Assembly (NCBI RefSeq): GCF_036321535.1
Contig: NC_087437.1
Coordinates: 82,028,001-82,092,000, forward strand
From: Camelus dromedarius
Taxonomy: Eukaryota
Length of the DNA: 64,000 nucleotides
Direction: 5' to 3'
The notes beneath the pieces are model-generated. The model saw only the letters and a program-made list of their open reading frames with translations. It was not told the origin of the DNA and searched no databases. The position numbers were made by a program, and so were the translations under genes. Shown here in pieces: positions 54,410-64,000 of the stretch; the first letter of the stretch is position 1; every line of letters starts with the position of its first letter.

Positions 54410-54800
54410 TTTTTTTCAATTGTATACTTACAGAAAATGTAGAGAATATAGAAAACATAAGAAAAATAAAAAGCATCTATAACTCCACTAACTAGTGTTA
54501 ACCACTGATAGCACTGGTATATTTTCTCCTAGTATTTTCTCTTCAAATATACATAGTTAAAGCATGTATATAATCTAATCCTGCTTTTAACATTTCTGGA
54601 TACACATTTTTCATCTTCAAAAGCATCATTATTTAAAGACAGCATAATATCTTCACATGATTATAGTGTAATTCATTTACTCCATCCTGATTGTTGGAGT
54701 CTTCAACTGTGTCCATTTGTCATCATTCTAAATGTTAAAACGAAGAGCCTTGCCTGCATCTCTAATTATTTTCTGGAAGAGAATGATCAGAGTATCAACA
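54410..54800 (-). mobile_element. Old L1ME-like 3' fragment
   Basis: Pattern aactccactaactagtgttaaccactgatagcactggtatattttc...ttcatttactccatcctgattgttgga typical of antisense L1ME. Confidence 0.55.
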
Positions 54801-54825
54801 TCTCACTTACTATGTTTAGGATTAA

Positions 54826-55035
54826 TTTTTTTTTTTATTGAGGTATAGTCAGTTTACAATGTTGTGTCAATTTCTGGTGTACAGCATAATGTTTCAGTCA
54901 TACATATACATACATATATTCATTTTCATATTCATTTTCATTATAGGTTACTATAAAATATTGAATATAGTTCCCCAGGCCATGCAGTATAAACTTGTTG
55001 TTTATCTATTTTATATACAGTAGTTAGTATCTGCA
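54826..55035 (-). mobile_element. Young 5'-truncated L1 3' end (artiodactyl-type) with TSD
   Basis: Poly-T followed by attgaggtatagtcagtttacaatgttgtgtcaatttctggtgtacagca...; flanks AGGATTAA(A)TTTTT at 54818 and 55036. Confidence 0.88.
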
Positions 55036-56300
55036 AGGATTAAATTTTTTTTAAATGTCCATAAGAACACTAAAGCCTAAAAACTCTTCTAGCGCCTAGG
55101 CATAGAGACGATTGACTAAATGTACCAAAAGAAAGCATGTTCTCCATAAAGTTTAGCCTTAATTGAAGGACTCATATTTTTAGCCAACTCTGTGTAGTGT
55201 TTATTTGCAAATCTAAATATGGTTACTATAGAAGTTAGGGGGTTTTAAAATAAGTGAATATTTACATAAAAAGATCAAGGGACTTTACTTTCTCAGTATA
55301 ATATGCAAATGTGGAGACAAATTTCTATAGAATGAAAAACAATATAAGATGGGTTTCCATAAAAACAATATTAGAAATCTAGGATGAAAACTATAGTGCA
55401 TTTTTTAAAGATTTCTATTTTTGAGCTCCCAGTAAGGAAAGGATGACGCAACATGAGGGGGAAAAAATCATCATCATCATCAACATCTTGAGTGGTTTAT
55501 AATAGGATAACTACAGTTAGCTGAGAACTTTTCCCCATCTCTTTCCCAATAAGTATTCTTATCCAAGAGTATTTTTCCTAAATAAATGAAAATAAGAATA
55601 TATTTCTAAGCAAATATGAAGTAAATCAAGCCTTCACTCCACAACTCACATTCCTAGTCTAGATCATTCAACCCATGATTCCTCTCTCACCGCTCATATG
55701 TTAACTAGGAACACATATTAATACAATTCTACCCCACAATGTGACTTCTCCCAACCTATGTTCTCACTATCTTCTGCCACATAGACACACTATCTGTAGA
55801 ATCAGATACAATTTTCCCTATCTAGCCCCAGTCTAATTCCCATTCTGCATCCCAAATACAACCCAATTTGAAGTCACTCCACTTCTCAACTGTGCTGGAT
55901 TTCCTATCTCAGGGACATTATCAAAAGTATTCCTTTACTCTGAAATGCCCTCCCATTCCTGCCGTTAAAAATCCTTAAAGTCTTTGGAGGCCCAAGTCAA
56001 ATGCTACTTTCTTTGTGAAGCTCTCTTAGACCCTTCAGTTGAAATCAACCTTTCTCTGGCAATCTCATGACACTTTATCTACTTTTGAGGGCCCTGCACA
56101 CAGCACACACTCAACACTTGTTGGCAGAACTGCTTTACTGAAATTTTTTCTTCAACTTAACAATCTTTAATGTGATGTGTCCCCAGAACCTAGTGTTTTC
56201 AAAAAGCCAAAATCTCCAAGCTGACACTACGTCCTGAACAATGTCCACTTCTCCATCAACTGTACCATTAACTACCTTTTGTTCTTCTGTTTAATTCAAG

Positions 56301-56492
56301 ATCAAAGAGGTATGCAAGCAGAGAATCCCAACACGGATCCCTAAACCAAAATCTACAGGCATCAGTAAGCTTTCCCCTAAAGCTCCCCCAGGGCCCATGG
56401 ATAAGACTATTCACCACCCTGGCTGTAAGAAGCTACACGTCATAAGGACTGTCACCTCTAACACTTTCCTCCACATAGGAGGGAAAAGGTAA
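56301..56492 (+). CDS. FILIP1L: FILIP1L distal terminal coding exon, 63 aa: IKEVCKQRIPTRIPKPKSTGISKLSPKAPPGPMDKTIHHPGCKKLHVIRTVTSNTFLHIGGKR*
   Basis: Polypyrimidine tract and acceptor (ccttttgttcttctgtttaattcaAG, 56299-56300). Phase 0 fits the 40407 donor; stop-free for 63 codons to TAA at 56490-56492. PTRIP and the terminal GGK resemble the recalled FILIP1 paralog C-terminus. Confidence 0.8.
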   Translation: MKEVCKQRIPTRIPKPKSTGISKLSPKAPPGPMDKTIHHPGCKKLHVIRTVTSNTFLHIGGKR

Positions 56493-59400
56493 GTCATGGC
56501 AACGCACTGCCTGGATACGTTCACCTACAGAAATATCTGGAAAGCTGGTTACCAGTATGGAAGGCCAAAGAGGAAGGGACATCTCTCCAGGAAATGGTGA
56601 GGCAGTAAACTGACAGATGGTTCACTCACAGGTTGCTGGAACTGGTAAATATCATCCTGAAAGAGCAGCACATCTACAATTATTTTACCTATACATGTAT
56701 ACACATATGCACACAATCACAGACCCAGACACCCTAGTCAGATCTTCTCAATTCCTCATCCTATTTGTAATCCAACCCCAAACTGGACTATCTATCATTA
56801 GCCTCGGACAGACTGAATTCATTAGGACAGTTCAAAAGTTTTCTGGTGAACCCAGAAGTAATCCTTCATTCCACAGAACTTTATTGAATCATATTTCCTA
56901 AAAAGATGTGCTATCAAGAATTCCTAATTTGCTTCAAGAAAATTAGATTATTTCCATCAAAATGGCAAGACAATTAGAATCATACTTTAAGGTCTAAAAC
57001 TATGCCTTCTCTATGACCAAGAAGAAAAAAAAAAGTGGTAATTCTTAGTTACAAGGAGGAAATGAACAACAAAAATGAGTAATAGCCAAACACATCCTTT
57101 GAGTGGCCTACCTGATAATCGCTGATGTAGTATGAACACATGACTACTGGAACTTAGTTTTCCATCCCATTTTTTCTAGTAAGTTGCCACTCCTGCATAT
57201 ATCAGACCACAGAATAGCACTGTTAGGCTTGTAAAGCAAACTATTTTAGATTGGAATTGCAGCTTTCTAGAGCAATCAGGACATTTGAGAGTCAAAGGTC
57301 ACTAATATTGAGATCTTTTAGGGAGATATGAATCACAGTCTTGGATGTTTAAAAAAAATTCAACAACAATTTATCATCCCAAAGGACATTCTTTAATCAC
57401 ATCTCTTCCCTAAATCAATGCTATAGAAAAATCAGTTGATTCAACAAAAGTTTGGGATTAGAAGGCTCAAATTCCAATTCTACCTCACTCATTTGAAACT
57501 GGGCTTGGCATTCATCAGTCTAGGCCTTGAGTTTCTAATATGTAAAACAGAAGAGCTGAATAATTCTTCAGGTCCCTTCCAGTTCTAATAATCCATCAGT
57601 ATGTCCAACTACAGAAAACTGAATTCAACCAGTCATCTACAAGGTGGGACTAAGTCCCCTGGCAATAAGCTAAAGCAATTCTTTTCAACATGCTGAAAAC
57701 TCACTGAATCAAGTGAAAGACATGACTGTAATTCAGCATGAACAGAATAATACAATGACGACAAATAAGGCATTTTTGACAGGGAAGACTGCTATATCTC
57801 ACAAAGATTCAAGTAGAAAAAAAAATTTTTACATAGAGCATGACACAACATTCTCTGCGATTTTGCACGAAGAAATGGAGGTGTCACCCTGCAAGAAATC
57901 CTCCTCACTAAGGACAGTACTTTAGCTGGCTGTCCTGGTGTAGAGAGCAGAGCAAGAGCAAAGGAGCTGCCATTCTCCACGCTCATCCAGCCAAGGCCAC
58001 TTCAATGTACTGATGCCACTGTACAAATGCCCCTGGCCTACTTCAATTTCACGGGTGAGGAGAAGGAGCTGGAAGCCTGGGCAGAATTGAGCTATGCAAG
58101 TCGAAGAGAGGGACGACGTACAGCAGTCCCAGCAGGCAAGTGACACAGGGAGAAGGTGGGGAGGTCGGGTGAATTAAAAACCTGAAGTGGAAAAGTCTTA
58201 AGTTAAAGGAAAGCTTAAGAGAATAGCTGAAGGAGTGGACTACAAAAGAAGATGATGAAACTGAGATACAAAAACAATTTAAGAGACAGTTCAGAGGAAA
58301 GTACAGGGCAGTAACAGGTGGATGGTGCAGTGGGAAAACGTGAACGGTGCTTAGCGCTGTGCCTGACATTAGCAGGTAATGTTAACTGAACAGAGAATGA
58401 GTGAATGAAGGAAGGAAAGGCCATTCAGTCAAGATATGTGAGCAAATGTACTAAGAGATGACAATGGTATACATAGGGTCAGGAAAAGCAGTTATGCTGG
58501 GTGACATTCATTACTGATAATTATGCTAATGCAAAGAAAAAACACTGGACCTCCTTAGGGCAGATATCAAACAGACTGAAAAGAAGCAAGAAATAAAACA
58601 GAAAAAACAAGCATCAACAATACTCCCAGAAAAACAAAATACCCTGCAATTGTTTTACCTTGAAGAGGAGCACAAAACATGTCGCATGTTAGAGATTTTA
58701 AAATTGTTTTCTCCTATGTTAGGAGACTCCCTAAAGTACATGTTCATGCCAAGCTGCCATAAGTTCAAGAGCAGACAATATAAGAGGTACAGGATTTGTA
58801 CAAAGTACTATAAAAAGGGATAGGAAAATGGCAAACTTTTATAGCAAGCAGCAGAAACTTGGCTTTAAATGGTAACATAGTTTTAATCCTATTAAGGCAA
58901 AAGTCTTTAAAATAAGAAAATCTACTCTAACAAAAGGATTACTAACCAAAAACCATGCTTATTTTAAAGCAATATGTAATACAATAAAAATGCATAAACA
59001 ACTTAGAAATAGGAATACGACTTTAATTCAACAAAATGGTGATTGACCTATAACACAATCGAAATATAAAGAATTCTGCCTCCTGAGTATAATCCTGTTT
59101 CTGCAGAAATGTGGCCCTTCCAAAGAACAATAAAAGTGAGAGAAGCTATCCTAATAATTCTAGAGTGACTTTATTAAATTCAGTTTTTAAAAGGAAGCAG
59201 ATAAGAATCAAAGTAAAAAAAAAAAAGACATCCAAATTGTAACAAAAATTTTAATAACCTGATACTGTATGCTGGTGTCTTTCCTCAGCCCTTCATTTAT
59301 TTAGCTACAATGGTATCTGAACTAATATCCTTGTAACTTTTTAGAATAAAGTATCTGTTGAACAGGAATGTGATTGATCTAATTATATGACTGATAATTA

Positions 59401-59511
59401 CAGACAGTAAGGAAGTGATTGATGTAAAACAATTTTCTCCAGAGTTTGCTTTAAATTCCTGCTTTGGGGGATATGTGACATAACACTTAGGGTCGGACAC
59501 TGAGTCTGGGG

Positions 59512-59840
59512 CAGAGGTATGCAAACTGCAGCCTACTGGCCAAATTCGGCCCACTGTTTTTGTATATCCTGCAAACTAAGAATAGTTTTTACATTTTTAA
59601 ACAGAAAAAAAAATCAAATGAAGAATATTTTGTGAAATGTGAAAGTTATACAAAATTCAAATTTCATTGTTTATAGATAAAGTTCTATTGGAACACAGCC
59701 ATACTCATCTTTTAAATATATTTATTATCTGATTGCTTTTATGCTACAATGACAGAGTTGAGTAATTTTGATAGTGACTGGCCAGCAGAGCCTAAAATAT
59801 TTACTATCCAGCCTTTTACAAAAAGTTTCCTGACCTCTTG
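59512..59840. mobile_element. MER58-like hAT-Charlie element
   Basis: cagaggtatgcaaactgcagcc...ggccaaattcggccc...ataaagttctattggaacacagccatactcat...agcctaaaatatttactatc. Confidence 0.85.
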
Positions 59841-61237
59841 TCTAGTGTGAACTAGACTAACAAGGAACTCAGGAACAAGAGCTTAAGAAGGGCTTAGTCA
59901 ACTCATTTTAAAAGCAATGCTAGCAAATTTAGAATGCAATTAAGAATTTTATGAAAGCTGATGAAAATGGGGAACTTATATTTCAAGTTGTTTGTGATAT
60001 ATTTAGTAAAATGTGTAATTCTATGAACACACTAAAGTTTCAACTAAAGAACACGGGAGAAGAACAGGTCAAAGGATTCATGCCACAAAATAATGCAAGG
60101 TGTTACTGTTGAATTTAAGGGGGGAAATGGAAATATTTCTAGGACTCCCAAATTCCTGGTATTTTTCAAGACAGCAGAACTACTGTCCATGTTATTTGGA
60201 GAAAGATGTGTAAATTTGTACTTTTAAATGTTCATAATTGTTGTCAAGAACTACTTGTTTAATCATTTGCAAAAATCACAAAACTTATACACAGTAAATT
60301 AAAACAAGCACATGAAGGTTGGTCCATTTGTTACAAAATCTTCAAGTACAGAATGATGACATGTCGTTCTTTCTCTCCTTCCTCTCACCTTTTAAAATTT
60401 ATCCTAACCCTGTTTTTTGCCCTTTAACATTTGTCCTAAAATAATATTATTTGCATTTTGACTGAACTACGTCAATGTGTAAATCCCATAACGTAAGCAG
60501 ACTATGTTTTTTTCCTCTAATTCCATTAGAGTGTCTAATAGGGCCAAGCATGAGAGTCAATAAATGATTTTGAAAATGACACGCCCTGAAGTTGATCCTC
60601 TGTTCTGTGTTATAAACATCTACTGTAGATATTCCAAATGTGAATTTTATATGTAGAGGTAATGCTTTACAACATCTATTATGATTGGCTGCCTATGGGT
60701 AAAATTAATGCTATAAAAGCCTAACTTTGGTGTGAGAAAAGAAAAAAACACAAAAACTTTACTTATTCAGGTTTCAAAGACTCAAGGTGTTCCCCAATCT
60801 CACAATTCCCAGAAGGAATTCAGCATAGATAAGGCAATGTGATTTTAAGGATAAAATATTACAACAAAAAATTTACAATGCTCACTTCAACAATCTGAAA
60901 CAAAATGAACAATCACATTGATTCTAGGTGACAAAAGCTGTCACCAGTAGGAATTATCAGCTCATTTAGAGAGCAAAAGTCTGTTGTCCTTTCAAATGCG
61001 TAATTTCAAAACATAAGTTATAAAACTAAATCCAAATATGGTTAGAATAAAACGCAAGTAGACACAGTTGTCAAACAAGGACTTCTAATGTATTTTTAAA
61101 AAAAGAAAAAGCAGCATCTGCCAAACCTGTCAAAAGCCTGAGTAGGATTTTGACAACTCTTCTAGTAGACCAAGTTTCTTTAGACACAGAACTCCTACAT
61201 TAAGGTCTCCAAGATGTGGGTATGAAATATTAACAAT

Positions 61238-62160
61238 TATTCAATGAATAAATTCTTAATGAGTGCCTTCTAAATACCTAGATTGTACTCTAGGCCCTGA
61301 GGATACAGCAAAGAACAAGATAAACAAATCCCTGTTCACATGGAGCTTACATACTAGTGTGGGGAGACTGTAAAAATTTAAAAAGGAAAATAATAGTTGG
61401 TGATAAGTGCTCTGCTGAGAATTAACATAACATGGTAGATGGCTACTCTAGTCTGGCTGAACAAGAAGTGCTTCTTTCTTGATGATGTTTGAACTTGGGT
61501 CTTAATGTTAAGAAAAGGTCAGCCATTCAAAATTGAAAAGGACAGCCCAGAAAAGAAAAAAGAACAACTATTGCAAAGAGCTAAGACAGAATAAGATTGG
61601 TCTGTTGAGGCACAGAATGAAGACCAGTGTGACAGCAGAAAGTAGGAGTAAACAGTAGGAGATCTGGCAGATACCAACCATGGAAAGCAATCTAGGTTTT
61701 ACTCTGTGTGTAGTCGGGGAGCCACTGGAGGGTTTACGCAGGAAGGTGGTCTGATCGCCCACTCTGGCTGCTGAGTGAAGAACAGTCTATAGAGGGACAA
61801 GATGGAAACTGGGAGCCCTGCTAGGAGTTTACTGCAGAGATTAAGGCAAGTGAGGATGATAGCATGTACTTTAATGGTGTAAAGAAACAAACAACAACAA
61901 AAGGAAAAAAGATTCAGAATGTTTTGGAAGTAGAGACAAGACTTAATAGTACAGACATGAAGGGTAAACGAAGTAAATAAATGAATAAGATATGCCTAGG
62001 CCTTTTTGAAACTGAGTAGTTAGTGATTTAACTTACTGAGATAGGGAAAACTGGAGGAAAAGTAGATTTGGGGAAAAATTCAGTTGACCACTTGACATTC
62101 CGATCAAATAAAGTAAGGACCTCAAGAAGACAGCCAGGTATGTGAGCCTTGAGCTCTAGG
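61238..62160 (-). mobile_element. L2 3' portion
   Basis: attcaatgaataaattcttaatgagtgcc...ggatacagcaaagaacaagataaacaaatccctgttcacatggagcttacatactagtg; ggggagccactggagggttt...cactctggctgctg. Confidence 0.85.
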
Positions 62161-62419
62161 ATCAAGTTTGAATACCTGGCAAGAGATTGTTCCCAAAGTC
62201 CAATGGTATAACCTGCTTATTTGTGTCTCTGAGTAATCAGTGCTCTTTTAGAAGAATAAACTTTGGAAGACTAACAGACATAATTTGATAATAGTAATGT
62301 ATATGAACAAAAGGTTTAGAAAATCTGAACCTCTTTAAACTGATAAAGGATTGTTATTTTAGAGATGAGATTTTTATCACTGATAATTAGAACAATTATC
62401 TCTGAGAAATTTAAGTACA

Positions 62420-62655
62420 CAGCCTGGTTTCTGACTGCCTATCTATGAATCTCAGCCTCTCCACTCACCAACTGTACGACACTGGGCAAATCATTTAATC
62501 TCTTAGTGCCTCAATTTCCTCATCTATAAAATGGGGATAGTAGTAACTATATCCCTGCATACTTGTGAAGATTAAGTGAGCTAGTACATGTAAAGCAATC
62601 AAAACATTATCTGGCACAGAGTAACCACGCAACAAATGCAAATTAGTAATATTAT
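62420..62655 (+). mobile_element. MIR SINE
   Basis: ctgggcaaatcatttaatctcttagtgcctcaatttcctcatctataaaatggggatagtag. Confidence 0.88.
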
Positions 62656-63619
62656 CTGCAGTCTCCCTACAGTATACACAGAAGTGTCTTCACATTTCAG
62701 TTTTCTAGTTAGATGCTTGGTAAGAGATGGCATCAAAGACACAGAATAAGCTAGGGAAGTACACAAAAAACTCTCCTCAAAAGAAGTAGGGGCCAAGAAT
62801 TTTGCAGACTGCTAAAAATATCCTCTTTAAAATTGAGCTAAAAATATGCCAGTCATTCCTAAATCCATATCTCCAGCCCTAACCCAACCCTGGAGCTCTG
62901 GACTCATGCACCCAGTTGCCTATTAACATTTGACTTGGTAATTTAATAGGCATATTATACTGGAATAAAAAAGAAATCCAATCAGTGTTCTCTTTAGTTA
63001 AGTGAATGATCAAGTGACCACTTCCAAAAGCAGAAACTCCTAGCTCTGATCCACAAGTCACAAAATCCATGATGTGAATAACATTCAGCTTCACACTGAC
63101 GAAGTGCCAAGTTTGGTCAACTACATGAAATCTCAGGTATTGTAACTGCTCACTTTCTCATTAATGTTTTGTATCCATGATTCTACTGCACGTATTGTCT
63201 ACTACAAATCACTTCAAATAATTTCTTAAGGTAGGCAGGGAAAAAGGAAATAAATGAATGAAACGGAATATTAGATTACATTAGACTACTCCTAGGCTCT
63301 GCTGCCTGAGGCAGACTGTGCTGTACACACCTCAGCAGAGACAACTATCAGCCATCTTATCCTGGTACATGACTCCAATCACCACCAATGATGTTACCAA
63401 TGAAGTGACCAGATAGCCAAGGTGAACAGTTTCAGCAAAATTCTAATAGCATGGTCTCCCACTCTCGAATGTCTAGACTGGATGAGAAATTATGTCTACG
63501 TATATATATGATCACCAAAAGCCCTGTAGCATGCATTCATTTATTCAGCTATTATCTATCAAACACGAGTGAAGTGCCAGGTCCCCTGCTGGGCTCCAGT
63601 ACAACGCAGAATTCTAGTA

Positions 63620-63878
63620 CAGGCGTACCTTGGAGATATTGCAGGTTCAGTTTCAGATCACCACAATAAAGCAAATATCACAATAAAGCAAGTCACATGA
63701 ATTTTTGTTTATACCATACTGTAGTCTGTTAAATATGCAATAGCATTATACATTAAAAAGTACATATTTCAAAAATAATTTATTGCTTAAAAATGCTAAC
63801 CAACACAGGGTTGCCACAAACCTTCAACCTGTAAAAAAATGCAGTATCTGCAAAGTACAGTAAAATGAAGTATGCCTG
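63620..63878 (+). mobile_element. Internally deleted Tigger1 derivative with both TIRs and TA duplications
   Basis: TA|caggcgtaccttggagatattgcaggttcag ... gaagtatgcctg|TA. Confidence 0.9.
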
Positions 63879-64000
63879 TAGAAAAATGAAAGGTCCTGAA
63901 GAGCCATAAGATGTATGCAATAAGGGTCATATGCAGATCAAAAGCTTCATTTTAGTAAGGGTCTTTGCATTACCTACCACATCTAAGACATGAAAAAAGC

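Noticed and set aside
57713..58424. ORF cluster downstream of the distal exon
   Set aside because: No homology recognised; more plausibly 3' UTR or flank (ATTAAA at 58173 noted but unsupported).
63375..63401. Three CCAAT boxes within 30 bp
   Set aside because: No CpG island or TSS context visible, and spacing is too tight for typical NF-Y arrays.
1..64000. CRISPR arrays, operons, rRNA, miRNA or snoRNA genes, CMSS1 exons
   Set aside because: None recognisable; this is mammalian intronic DNA.

Overview
AT-rich, repeat-rich mammalian genomic DNA, probably camelid (inferred from a tRNA-Ala-derived vic-1-like SINE plus artiodactyl-type L1 and Tigger1 ends). It covers the 3' part of FILIP1L (filamin A-interacting protein 1-like) on the + strand. 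It contains an internal CpG-island promoter and first exon (~12.66-13.06 kb, with a perfect CArG box, a CRE-like site and GC boxes), a ~24.6 kb intron, and the 2,776-nt coiled-coil coding exon (37632-40407). The 3' end offers three possible C-termini: (i) read-through of the donor to VSNIYN* followed by an intronic poly(A) site; (ii) a mini exon resembling human VEPLLLPH* whose acceptor reads AC instead of AG (53067-53093); (iii) a 63-codon terminal exon missed by the ORF track (56301-56492, carrying a PTRIP motif). By recalled human synteny the window should lie in intron 1 of the antisense gene CMSS1, but no CMSS1 exon is visible. The rest is decayed L1, L2, CR1/L3, MIR and hAT/Tigger/Mariner DNA plus microsatellites. 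Apart from the FILIP1L ORF and two frames near the promoter, ORFs in the track look spurious. No wholly new biological system is evident; the best leads concern FILIP1L isoform architecture. Repeat subfamily names and human comparisons are from memory, not from searches, and repeat boundaries are approximate.
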